NCBI GenBank assembly: GCA_905478795.1
Contig: CAJQJX010000006.1
Location: forward strand, 1,254-65,253
DNA length: 64,000 nt
Direction of reading: 5' to 3'
From: an uncultured Flavobacteriales bacterium
GTDB taxonomy: Bacteria; Bacteroidota; Bacteroidia; Flavobacteriales_D; Sanyastnellaceae
The notes under the pieces were generated by a model, which saw only the letters and a list, made by a program, of their open reading frames with translations, had not been told where the DNA came from and ran no database searches. This document shows, piece after piece, positions 44,296 to 53,274 of the stretch. A program made the position numbers and the translations under genes. Positions within the stretch are counted from its first letter, which is position 1, and each line of letters begins with the position of its first letter.

Positions 44296-45429
44296 ATGGA
44301 AGTGCAGTTGAAGCGGAAGCCCGTTGGCCAGGAAGCCCTGGCGGACCGATTGGCGGACCGCGCAGACCAAGGGACATTGGCCCACGCCATGCTGTTCACC
44401 GGCCCTGCGGGTCGGGGAGGTTTGGCGTTGGCGTTGGCGCTCGCTCGACGTCTGCATTGCACCACAAAAGGAGCCGAAAGGCCCTGTGGAAGCTGCCCCT
44501 CCTGCCAGCAGCACGATCAGTTACAACACCCAGACCTGCACTTTACCTATCCAGTGGTGAAGCCGCCAGGCAAAGACAAGGCCCTCAGCGCCGACCAGTT
44601 AGGGACTTGGCGTGCATTGCTCATGGAGGAAGGCCCCCACTTTGACATGGTCGACTTGCGCGACCGCATGTCCTTGGGGAACAAGCAGCCTTTTATTTCG
44701 GTGCACGAGGCATCTGATATCCTGCGCAGGCTTTCGCTCACAGCACATGCCGGTGGATGGAAGGTTCAGGTCATTTGGGGCGCTCAATGGATGCGCACAG
44801 ACACGGCAAATAAGTTGCTCAAGGTGATTGAGGAACCGCCTGCCAAGACCGTCTTTATCCTCTTGGCCGACAATACCGAGAATATTTTGGCGACCATTTT
44901 GAGCCGCACCCAAATTGTGCCGATTCCGCCTGTGGGTGACGCCGAGGTGGGGAGTTGGTTAAAGGGGCTGGGGGCTCAAGGAGAGCAGGTTACTGATGCG
45001 GTCGGTCTGTGTGAGGGCGACCTCGCCCGCGCCCGCCGATTGGTGCGGGAAGATGCGGCAGGTGAATTCGCCATGTTCGTGGATTGGATGCGTACCACCT
45101 TTGCCCGGGACGGGCGTAAAGCTGCGGGTTTGGCCGACGCTTTTCACGATTTGGGAAGGGAGAGTCAAAAGCAATTCCTGCTTTACGCGCTGCATATGGT
45201 TCGCCAGTGCATCGTGGGGAATTATGGCGCCGCTTCAGCAGTTCGCCTCCGCGCTTCAGAACGGGGTTTTGCAGAAAAATTTGCGGCATACATCCACCAT
45301 GGGAATGTGGTGGACATGCAGTCAGAGCTGGAAAAGGCGCTGCGCGATGTTTCGGGCAATGTCTATGGCAGAACTGTTTTTCTGGATTTGAGCATGCGCA
45401 TGATGGAACTTCTCCATCGGCCGCGATAG
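44296..45429 (+). CDS. holB: DNA polymerase III subunit delta-prime
   Basis: LAHAMLFTGPAGRGGLALALALARRLHC..PCGSCPSCQQ is the zinc module, and KLLKVIEEPP and SRTQ are also present. Confidence 0.85.
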   Translation: MEVQLKRKPVGQEALADRLADRADQGTLAHAMLFTGPAGRGGLALALALARRLHCTTKGAERPCGSCPSCQQHDQLQHPDLHFTYPVVKPPGKDKALSADQLGTWRALLMEEGPHFDMVDLRDRMSLGNKQPFISVHEASDILRRLSLTAHAGGWKVQVIWGAQWMRTDTANKLLKVIEEPPAKTVFILLADNTENILATILSRTQIVPIPPVGDAEVGSWLKGLGAQGEQVTDAVGLCEGDLARARRLVREDAAGEFAMFVDWMRTTFARDGRKAAGLADAFHDLGRESQKQFLLYALHMVRQCIVGNYGAASAVRLRASERGFAEKFAAYIHHGNVVDMQSELEKALRDVSGNVYGRTVFLDLSMRMMELLHRPR

Positions 45430-45501
45430 TCACTCGCCGAGGCGCGTTATCTTCGGGTGAAGCCCAAAACTGGTTTTGGGCTCGGATGACCGAGAGAGAA
45501 G

Positions 45502-46740
45502 ATGGGATGTGCCTCATGTAAGAAGGGACCGGATGGCAAGCCAATGGGCTGTAAATCCAACGGCAATTGTGGCAACAGCGGCTGCGATGTCATGACCGTG
45601 TTCGACTGGCTGGAGGGGGTGCCCATTCCAGAGGGTCAACGCGCTTTTGACATTGTGGAGGTACGGTTCAAGCGCAACCGCAAAGGGTTTTATCGCATTG
45701 GGCAAGGGCGCCGTGTCCAAACGGGCGACGTGGCCGTGGTCGATGCAGTACCCGGCGAAGACATGGGCATTGTTTCGCTCACCGGCGAGCTCGTGCGGGC
45801 CCAAATGAAGGCCAAGCGGGTCAAAGACACCCACGAAATCCGCAAAGTGATTCGCAAGGCGGAGATGGATGACATCACAACCTGGCAGGCCGCCCGGAAC
45901 AGGGAGGATGAGACCTTGGCCAAAGCCAGACTCACTGTGGCCGAGCACAAGTTGGACATGAAGCTCGGCGATGTGGAATTCCAAGGCGACGGCACCAAGT
46001 GTACGTTCTACTACACGGCAGAGCAGCGCGTGGACTTTAGGGAATTGGTGCGGGCATTGGCATCGGACTTTAAGGTCCGCATCGAAATGCGTCAAATTGG
46101 TGCCCGACAAGAATCGGCGCGACTTGGGGGCATTGGAGTCTGTGGGCGAGAGTTGTGCTGTTCCACATGGTTGTCAGACTTCCGAAGCGTCTCCACTGGG
46201 GCTGCGCGGTATCAGCAACTTTCCCTCAACCCTCAAAAATTGGCGGGCCAATGCGGCAAGCTCAAATGCTGCTTGAATTTTGAGTTGGATCAATACAAAG
46301 AGGCGGTGGCTAAGTTCCCCCCTCCGAGCACCAAGTTGATGACCCGAAAGGGCAAGGCAGGTCATTTTAAGACCGACATTTTTGGAGGGCGGATGTGGTT
46401 CCAATACTTCGACGACCCCGGCACCTCCCCTGTGCCCATCGATTTGGAAGATGTGCGCAACATCATGGAGATGAACGCCCGAGGAGAGAAGCCGGACGAC
46501 CTCCAGAAGTTCGCCATTCTAGAAGAAGCTGCCCCAGAAGATGCGCTCTACGGAGATGTGGTCGGACAAGACGATGTCAACCGTTTTGACAACAAGGGTC
46601 GTCAAAGAAGCAAGGGCGGCCGCGGCCGGAAAGGACCGTCACGCGGCGACCAAAAGGGCCAACCTTCGGCCAAACAAGGCGGTGGTGGAAACCGCCGCAA
46701 CAAGCGCCGCAAGGGACGGGGTTCTGCACCAAAAGCATGA
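45502..46740 (+). CDS. PSP1/RicT(YaaT)-like protein with Cys-rich N-terminus and Arg/Gly/Lys-rich tail
   Basis: The PSP1 C-terminal domain is present: GIGVCGRELCCSTWL..CGKLKCCLNFE. It sits between holB and gldH. Confidence 0.85.
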   Translation: MGCASCKKGPDGKPMGCKSNGNCGNSGCDVMTVFDWLEGVPIPEGQRAFDIVEVRFKRNRKGFYRIGQGRRVQTGDVAVVDAVPGEDMGIVSLTGELVRAQMKAKRVKDTHEIRKVIRKAEMDDITTWQAARNREDETLAKARLTVAEHKLDMKLGDVEFQGDGTKCTFYYTAEQRVDFRELVRALASDFKVRIEMRQIGARQESARLGGIGVCGRELCCSTWLSDFRSVSTGAARYQQLSLNPQKLAGQCGKLKCCLNFELDQYKEAVAKFPPPSTKLMTRKGKAGHFKTDIFGGRMWFQYFDDPGTSPVPIDLEDVRNIMEMNARGEKPDDLQKFAILEEAAPEDALYGDVVGQDDVNRFDNKGRQRSKGGRGRKGPSRGDQKGQPSAKQGGGGNRRNKRRKGRGSAPKA

Positions 46741-47213
46741 GTAAAGTCTGGCGCACATTTGGCTTTGTCCTCGCCGCTGTTGTGGTGTGGGCGGGTTGCG
46801 GCACGGGACCTGTAGCCTCAGATGCCGCTCTGGTAGACCCAAACGGTTGGTCTTCTCAAGACACGGTTCAATTGACGTTTGACGTCAGCCAGCCAGCGCA
46901 CCGGCACGACCTTCAAATCGGTTTGCGGCACAACAACGACTACCCCTTCTCCAACCTCTATTTGTTTGTCCGGCTGACCTATCCCAATGGCCGCACACTC
47001 ACCGACACCTTGTCTTGTCCGTTGGCGGGGCCAGATGGTCAGTGGTATGGCACAGGCAGCGGTTGGGTGGACCACCGCATTGGCTACAAAAAAGGGGTGG
47101 CCTTCCCATTGGAGGGGCGCTATACAATGGACGTCGTGCACGCCATGCGCCGTGATCCGCTCCCCGGGATCAGCGACATCAGGTTTGCCATGTTTGACCG
47201 CTCAGAAGAGTAA
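46737..47213 (+). CDS. gldH: gliding-motility lipoprotein GldH
   Basis: 158 aa with the lipobox VVWAGC. NNDYPFSNLYLFV..P.G...TD.L.C.LA.PDG.WYG.G is GldH-like. The ATG overlaps the PSP1 stop, matching the gene order seen in flavobacteria. Confidence 0.75.
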   Translation: MSKVWRTFGFVLAAVVVWAGCGTGPVASDAALVDPNGWSSQDTVQLTFDVSQPAHRHDLQIGLRHNNDYPFSNLYLFVRLTYPNGRTLTDTLSCPLAGPDGQWYGTGSGWVDHRIGYKKGVAFPLEGRYTMDVVHAMRRDPLPGISDIRFAMFDRSEE

Positions 47214-47216
47214 GAC

Positions 47217-47711
47217 TCAGTCTTTGGTAGGAAGGGCTACAGGGTCCGCATTCGAAACGGTGCGCCCCGCATCTTCCCAGCCATAAAACCCATTGCGTAG
47301 GTTGTACAACTCCGCAAACCCAGCTTTGGCAAGGAGTTTCATGGCATCTTCGCTGCGTCCTCCGGCGGCGCAGTACAAGGCGATGGGACGGTCCTTGGGC
47401 AGCGCTTCCGCTCGGGACTTGAAGTCGTCTTCAAGGAAGTCCAAAAAGCAGGCGCCTTCGATGTGGCCGGCGTCCCATTCCTGGCTGGTGCGCACATCAA
47501 TCAGCAACAGGTCGCTGCGTTGGGCCATCAGGTCGGTGAGCTCCACATCGCTGATGTCTCGTGCCACTTTTTCGCCTTGGTTTTCGGTCGATTCTTTTGG
47601 GGCCGAAGGGGAAGCCGCCGAAGAACAGCCTGTGCCTTCGATGGAAATCAAGGCCAGAATAACCGTCAACGTGGCGGCATAGAAAGAAAAAGGGGCGCGG
47701 GGTTGGTCCAT
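47217..47711 (-). CDS. secreted rhodanese-like sulfurtransferase domain protein
   Basis: Signal peptide, then LLIDVRTSQEWDAGHIEGA and the active-site loop LYCAAGGRS. Confidence 0.85.
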   Translation of the reverse strand: MDQPRAPFSFYAATLTVILALISIEGTGCSSAASPSAPKESTENQGEKVARDISDVELTDLMAQRSDLLLIDVRTSQEWDAGHIEGACFLDFLEDDFKSRAEALPKDRPIALYCAAGGRSEDAMKLLAKAGFAELYNLRNGFYGWEDAGRTVSNADPVALPTKD

Positions 47712-47715
47712 GCGC

Positions 47716-47723
47716 CAAAACTA
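47716..47723 (-). promoter_or_regulatory. canonical -7 box TAGTTTTG, 4 nt upstream of the rhodanese ATG
   Basis: The minus strand reads TAGTTTTG-GCGC-ATG(47711). This is a perfect match to TAnnTTTG. Confidence 0.4.
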
Positions 47724-47818
47724 AGGTTTCACGCGTTTATTCCCCGGAATCAGCAGGGAACGACAAGTTCTGCATGGGCTGACGATACTTGGACTTAACT
47801 TGGGACGCCTGCAAGCAC

Positions 47819-49918
47819 ATGACACATCTTATTTCATTTTCCCTCAGGCCGTTGTCGGCATTGATGTTGCTCATTTCGATGGGCCTTTCCCTCAGTGCGC
47901 AACAGCCGCTCCCATGCGGACAGCCAGACGCTCAGGCTGCTTTTGATGCGTCCTACCCTGGTGCCGCGGAGGCCCGCGTAGCGGCAGAACAGGCGACCAG
48001 AGCATCTGCACAGAGCCTGCTTCAAAGAGGCGGGGGCGACAGTGAGGTGTACATCATTCCGGTTGTTTTTCATGTGATCCACGACAATGGAGAGGAGAAC
48101 ATCAGCGACGCGCAGATTTTTGATGCCATGGAAATCCTCAATGCGGACTTTCGGAAGCTCAATGCGGATACTGGCCAAATTGTCGCTGGATTCGTGGACA
48201 TCGCTGCAGACGTTGACGTAGAATTCAGGTTGGCCAAGCGTGATCCATCGGGCAATTGCCATTCGGGGATTAACCGGTTGCAGGACGAACTGACCTACGA
48301 AGGGAACAATGAGATGAAGCAGCTCATTCATTGGCCCCGCAATAGCTACATGAATGTTTATGTCGCGGCGAGTGCCGCAGGTGCTGCCGGGTACACAAAT
48401 TATCCTTCGGACTGGGGGGCCAATACAGACGGCATCGTTTTGAAGCATGACTACGTGGGCAGCATTGGGACGAGCAACACCTATCGCAGCCGCACTTTGA
48501 CCCACGAATGCGGTCACTGGCTCAACCTTCCCCACACCTGGGGCAGTTCCAATAACCCCAACGAGGAGGAAAACTGCGACGTTGATGATGGCGTCGAGGA
48601 TACGCCGCTTTGCTTGGGCAGTCCTGTCGGATTTTGCGACCCTGAGCGCACCACATGCGGCACATTGGACAACGTACAGAACTACATGGAGTACAGCTAT
48701 TGCAGCAAGATGTACACCCTGGGTCAGCGTGCCCGCATGCGCACCGCCTTGAACAATAGCCTGGCGGACCGCGATGAATTGTGGACGCCACAGAACCTGG
48801 AAGACACCGGCGTTTTCGAGGAAGAATTGTTGTGTCGGGCTGAGTTTACCGTTGACCGCAACGAAGTCTGTCTGGGGAACCCTGTGCAGTTTACCGATGC
48901 CAGCTTCTTTGGTGTGACGGGATGGTCTTGGGATTTTGGTGACGGCACTGTTCTCGAAGGTTCGTCGGATTCGGATCAAAACCCATCGCACGTTTATGCT
49001 GAGGCAGGGGAGTACGAGGTGTATTTGACCGTGTCCAATGAGACAGGGGCAGTGACTTCTTTGGATCCAATGGTCATTTCTGTGTTGGATGATGGCATGT
49101 TGCCGTCTCCTATGGTAGAGGGTTTCGAGGCGGGCTCCGGACCTTGGAGCGAAGGCCAGTGGGAGGTTCAAACGCTCAGCGGCCAGCCTTGGCAAATTCG
49201 CGAGACCACCGGTTACTCAGGGTCGCGCTCATTGTATGTGCGCAACCGCCAAAACGAAGGCGGGGAGATCACCCGGACGACGTCTACAACGTACGATGCT
49301 TCGGGAATGGCCGCCGTATTCATCTCTTATAAATACGCTTACAGCCACCGCACCACGGGCGAAACCGACGACCGGCTCAAACTGCAAGTGAGCAAGGACT
49401 GTGGAGACACATGGAACACCCGTCAATTTCACAGGGGCATCATCGACTTGCCAACTGCAGAGGACCATGGGGGCAACTTCTATCCTTCAGGGACCGATGA
49501 ATGGACCGGCCATTTGGAAGAGGTCAACAATGAGATTTATATGGTGCCGAACCTCAGGGTAAGGTTCGAGTTCGAGTCTAAAGGCGGAAACAACGTCTTC
49601 ATTGACGACATCAATGTTTATGGCGTGGATTCGCTCGGCAATGTCCAGTCTTTTGTGGAGGACATGGCGTCAAAGGGCCTTTCTCTTGACGTCTTCCCGA
49701 ACCCCAGTGATGGCGCGGCTACGGTAGCGGCTTTTTGGCCGGGAAGCGAGGCTGTTTTGAGTGTCCGCGATGCCACTGGGCGCCTCGTTTACCGGGAGCC
49801 ACTGATCGGAAATGGCGGACGCCGCGTCTCCCTCACAGGATTGGCCCCCGGGGTTCACTTTATTGGGTTGAGTTCAGAAAGTCGGCAGACTGTTCAGCGC
49901 CTGTTGGTGCTGCGCTGA
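47819..49918 (+). CDS. M43 (pappalysin/cytophagalysin)-family zinc metalloprotease with PKD domain and T9SS C-terminal sorting domain
   Basis: LTHECGHWLNLPHTWG fits HExxHxxxxxH. The PKD motif is WDFGDGT..NPSHVYAEAGEYEVYLTVSN. The C-terminus is VFPNPSDGAATV..LSVRDATGRLVY..LAPGVHFIGL. Confidence 0.85.
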   Translation: MTHLISFSLRPLSALMLLISMGLSLSAQQPLPCGQPDAQAAFDASYPGAAEARVAAEQATRASAQSLLQRGGGDSEVYIIPVVFHVIHDNGEENISDAQIFDAMEILNADFRKLNADTGQIVAGFVDIAADVDVEFRLAKRDPSGNCHSGINRLQDELTYEGNNEMKQLIHWPRNSYMNVYVAASAAGAAGYTNYPSDWGANTDGIVLKHDYVGSIGTSNTYRSRTLTHECGHWLNLPHTWGSSNNPNEEENCDVDDGVEDTPLCLGSPVGFCDPERTTCGTLDNVQNYMEYSYCSKMYTLGQRARMRTALNNSLADRDELWTPQNLEDTGVFEEELLCRAEFTVDRNEVCLGNPVQFTDASFFGVTGWSWDFGDGTVLEGSSDSDQNPSHVYAEAGEYEVYLTVSNETGAVTSLDPMVISVLDDGMLPSPMVEGFEAGSGPWSEGQWEVQTLSGQPWQIRETTGYSGSRSLYVRNRQNEGGEITRTTSTTYDASGMAAVFISYKYAYSHRTTGETDDRLKLQVSKDCGDTWNTRQFHRGIIDLPTAEDHGGNFYPSGTDEWTGHLEEVNNEIYMVPNLRVRFEFESKGGNNVFIDDINVYGVDSLGNVQSFVEDMASKGLSLDVFPNPSDGAATVAAFWPGSEAVLSVRDATGRLVYREPLIGNGGRRVSLTGLAPGVHFIGLSSESRQTVQRLLVLR

Positions 49919-49937
49919 TCTCCCACGGCTTCCCTCG

Positions 49938-51335
49938 TCACAAGACTTCAACGCAACCCAAATCAATAGAAGACTGGGTGTCGTTGTTTGGGAAACACTG
50001 ACCACTCAGTGTGCTGCCTGGCACATACCGATCCAATGAAGGGTCATACAAGGCTTCCTGCAAGAACTGAAGGAGGTTGCTTTGCTGCTCTTCGGTGATT
50101 TCAATCGCATCGAAATTGTGCGATAAGTAGGGTGTCACTTCGGATTTGGCCGCAGTGCCAGCCATCTTGTAGTCCAGCACTTCTTCCAAGGAGTAGAAGG
50201 TACCCCCGTGGCCAAAGAAAGGGCTGTCCTTGAGGTTGTAGAGCTGCGGGGTTTTGAAGGCATACTTGTCGCCCTCTACCCTAGTGAATCCACCCCGCCC
50301 CAAAGCGGCATCAGCGCTGGACATTCCGTAATCGTCCATGCTGGCGTCGAGGAGGTCGTTGCTGGGCATGTCCGGCATCCCCAGCGCGTGAAACCCACCG
50401 TCCGACAGTGCAGGACCATTGTGGCAGGTGCCGCATTGAGCAGCCCCGAAGAACACCATGGCGCCGTCCTTTTGTGCGGGAGACATGGCCGTCTGCTGTC
50501 CGTTTAACCACCGCTGAAAAGGGGCTTCGGAAGACATGATGGTCCGCTCGTAAGCGGCAATGGCCAATCCCGCCATTTCCACGCTGTAGCGGTTGGCCTT
50601 CTTGATCTCCGGAAAAGCAGCATCGAACATCGCAACGTAACCGGGCATGCGGTCAAAGAAGTCCGCATCCGGAGCCATCCGATGCACCGTCAGGCCGGCA
50701 ATGGCTTGGGTCTCAAGGCCAGGGTATCCCAAGTAGTTTACCTCCAGAGGGGTGCCTTCTGCCCATTGTGCTTCAGTGCCCGCATTGGGTCCGATAGCGC
50801 CGAATTGACCGTTCCAGAGGGTGACAGGCGTAAAGGCACCATTCATGGCGGTGGGGCTCCGCATGGGTTGGCGGTCGATGGTCTCAGGATCATATTTGGG
50901 AGAGATCACCCTGCCTTCGCCCCGGACGCCAAACCCGACCCCCCCGTCGCCCAATCCTTGTTGCAAGCCGGCTTGGAAACCTGCAGAAGCATGGTGGCAA
51001 CTCGCACAACTGTAGGTGCCCATTCCGCTCTCTTCCTCTGCATTCAAGCCCAACGCAGTTTCGTGGAACAACATGCGGCCCAGCGACACCTTTTGCTGTG
51101 TCAAGGGGTTTTTGGGGTGTTGCGGAATGGCCGCTAGGTTGTGGGGGTCGGGCATCAGAAGTTGGTTGTAGCCCTGTTGACCAAGTGCGTCAATGATGGT
51201 CGCCAACATTTGAGCGTCTTGTTGTTCCGGCTCGGGGTTGTTGTCCGCACTAGGGTTGCATGAGGAGAAAAGGAGGGCGGTCGTGAAAGCGAACGCAGCC
51301 GTGCAACAAACTGAAGAGGGATAGAAGTTTTTCAT
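49938..51335 (-). CDS. di-haem cytochrome c peroxidase (CCP/MauG family) lipoprotein
   Basis: Two CxxCH sites, CASCHH and CGTCHN, plus the lipobox LLFSSC. Start at ATG 51335. Confidence 0.9.
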   Translation of the reverse strand: MKNFYPSSVCCTAAFAFTTALLFSSCNPSADNNPEPEQQDAQMLATIIDALGQQGYNQLLMPDPHNLAAIPQHPKNPLTQQKVSLGRMLFHETALGLNAEEESGMGTYSCASCHHASAGFQAGLQQGLGDGGVGFGVRGEGRVISPKYDPETIDRQPMRSPTAMNGAFTPVTLWNGQFGAIGPNAGTEAQWAEGTPLEVNYLGYPGLETQAIAGLTVHRMAPDADFFDRMPGYVAMFDAAFPEIKKANRYSVEMAGLAIAAYERTIMSSEAPFQRWLNGQQTAMSPAQKDGAMVFFGAAQCGTCHNGPALSDGGFHALGMPDMPSNDLLDASMDDYGMSSADAALGRGGFTRVEGDKYAFKTPQLYNLKDSPFFGHGGTFYSLEEVLDYKMAGTAAKSEVTPYLSHNFDAIEITEEQQSNLLQFLQEALYDPSLDRYVPGSTLSGQCFPNNDTQSSIDLGCVEVL

Positions 51336-51410
51336 AGCGGCAAGAACTTTGCGGTACAGGTCCAAAAGAGGCCCTGTTCTTGCCGTCTAGAATTGACCCT
51401 TGAGAGGAAT

Positions 51411-51432
51411 GCACATGACAAGTGTCATGTGC
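51411..51432 (-). terminator. perfect 10-bp inverted repeat downstream of the ClC operon (terminator or operator)
   Basis: GCACATGACA-AG-TGTCATGTGC lies 22 nt past the ClC stop. No T tract follows, so its function is uncertain. Confidence 0.35.
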
Positions 51433-51453
51433 GCAACGGTCAGTCTGGGATTT

Positions 51454-53274
51454 TCACTCCTCGGACACCGCCTGAAGCCAATTTCGATAGGCCCCAAAGA
51501 GCTTGGAGCGGCTCACAAACCCCACATACTGGCCGCTTTGAAGCACAGGCAAATTCCAAGCTTGCGTCCGGTCGAATTTGGACATGACTTGATCCATCTG
51601 GTCACTCAAGTCGAGCGTGGCAGCAGGAACCACCATCAGGTCCTGAACGGTGAACTCGAGATAGCGCTCACGATCAAACATGACACCACGGATCTCTTCG
51701 AGAGGAACAATACCGACCAGCCGCCCCTGTGGGTCAAGCACAGGATGAATGTTGCGCCGGCTCTTGGCCACGACTTCGACGAGCTCGCCGAGGTTCATCT
51801 CGGGCCGAACGGGATCAAAGTCCCGCTCGACTTCATCGGCAAGCTTCATCAGGGTCAGGACGGCCTTGTCTTTGTCGTGTGTGATCAAGTCACCCCGTTC
51901 CGCCAACTCTTCCGTATAGATGCTGTTGGGCCGCATCCACCGCGCAGTCTGAAACGCTATGGCGCTGGTCAACATGAGTGGAATGAACAGGTCGTAGCCG
52001 CCGCTGGCTTCGGCTGCAAGGAAAATCGCTGTGAGTGGGGCCCGCAAAATGCCAGCCATCAGCCCGGCCATTCCGGCCAGCACAAAGTGTCCACCGATGA
52101 GGTGCCAGCTTGGAAAAATTAGATCGGTCAGGTTCAAGTACAGTGCGCCAAGGACCGCACCGCTGAACAAGGCGGGCGCAAAGACCCCTCCTACGCCACC
52201 GGCCCCAACAGTCAGTCCGGTCAGTGCCGGTTTACAGAGCCACAGAATCCCCAAAACAGCCACCATCCGTAGGGTGTTGTCCGGGATAAATTGGACGCGT
52301 TGTGTGGGATCGAGCTGGCCTGTGTGCCCCCTCAACAAATCGTTGATGATTTCAAAACCTTCTCCGTAAAGCGATGGAAAAGCCACAAGAGCGACCCCCA
52401 CCAACGATCCAGCGACGACAATCCGGGCGCCGGTATGGCGGAAGCGCCTCATCGCTCTTCCTGCACCGCGGTACACCGCACTGAACCAAACGGAAGCCAG
52501 GCCACAGATGACCGCAAAAGGCACAAAAGCTAGGAAGGTTCCATCCCATTCCGGGAGGTTCCTCCCCGCTTGGACGAGTTCTTCAGGGTCGATGAACAGG
52601 TTTGTGGTAAGGAGTGCAGACAGAGATGCAATGAGCAAAGGCACCAAGCTCGCCGTGGTCATGTCGATCATGATCACCTCCACAGCAAAGACAATCGCGG
52701 CGAGTGGGGCACTAAACATGGCGGCGAGTGAGGCCGTTGCCGCACAGCCAATCAATACCAAACGGTGGCGATAGTCGAGGTTAAATTGTCTTGCGGCCTC
52801 GCTGGCAAAGGCAGCACTGCTTTGCACCGTTGGCGCTTCAAGCCCCGCACTTCCACCGAATCCTACGGTGATGAAGGATCCAAAGACCGGGCTGATCATC
52901 GACATCCTTGACAGCCGTGCCCGCATTCGAGAAATGGCGTGCAGGGTGGCGGGAATGCCGGGACCGGGGTGGCGGTTCGAGAACACATGTCGAACCAAAA
53001 GGTGGGTCAAAACGAGTCCGATGGTGGGCAACACAAAACGGATTTCCCACCCTTGGTCGCCATCGGCAATCCAGGGCAGTTGGCGGAGCCAACCAATGCC
53101 GTTCTTGAGGAAAACGGCCAGCAATCCGGCGATGATGCCAAGAATGACGGCCAGGAACATGACCACGTTGGAAGGCCCAAGCCCATCGCGCCAAGCCCTT
53201 TGAACCCAGGACCATCCCATCAGCCGCAATACGGCTTTCTTGAACCAGAGTGGGTTGGGCTTTTCCGCAGTCAT
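51454..53274 (-). CDS. ClC-family chloride channel/antiporter with C-terminal tandem CBS domains
   Basis: Contains GSAGLEAP, GGVFAPALF and GILRAPLTAIFLAAE, then two CBS-like units. The ATG overlaps the stop of the upstream phosphatase gene (ATGA). Confidence 0.9.
   Translation of the reverse strand: MTAEKPNPLWFKKAVLRLMGWSWVQRAWRDGLGPSNVVMFLAVILGIIAGLLAVFLKNGIGWLRQLPWIADGDQGWEIRFVLPTIGLVLTHLLVRHVFSNRHPGPGIPATLHAISRMRARLSRMSMISPVFGSFITVGFGGSAGLEAPTVQSSAAFASEAARQFNLDYRHRLVLIGCAATASLAAMFSAPLAAIVFAVEVIMIDMTTASLVPLLIASLSALLTTNLFIDPEELVQAGRNLPEWDGTFLAFVPFAVICGLASVWFSAVYRGAGRAMRRFRHTGARIVVAGSLVGVALVAFPSLYGEGFEIINDLLRGHTGQLDPTQRVQFIPDNTLRMVAVLGILWLCKPALTGLTVGAGGVGGVFAPALFSGAVLGALYLNLTDLIFPSWHLIGGHFVLAGMAGLMAGILRAPLTAIFLAAEASGGYDLFIPLMLTSAIAFQTARWMRPNSIYTEELAERGDLITHDKDKAVLTLMKLADEVERDFDPVRPEMNLGELVEVVAKSRRNIHPVLDPQGRLVGIVPLEEIRGVMFDRERYLEFTVQDLMVVPAATLDLSDQMDQVMSKFDRTQAWNLPVLQSGQYVGFVSRSKLFGAYRNWLQAVSEE

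Noticed and set aside
45461-45482. Hairpin AGCCCAAAA-CTGG-TTTTGGGCT between holB and the PSP1 gene
   Set aside because: It is a good 9-bp stem, but no T tract follows and it lies downstream of the TATCTTCG box, that is, probably inside the PSP1 leader. I cannot decide between a terminator, a leader structure or chance.
47834-49195. 453-aa ORF on the minus strand
   Set aside because: It is antisense to the M43 metalloprotease gene (HExxH, PKD, T9SS tail). It has no motifs and a biased composition, so I treat it as a chance open frame.
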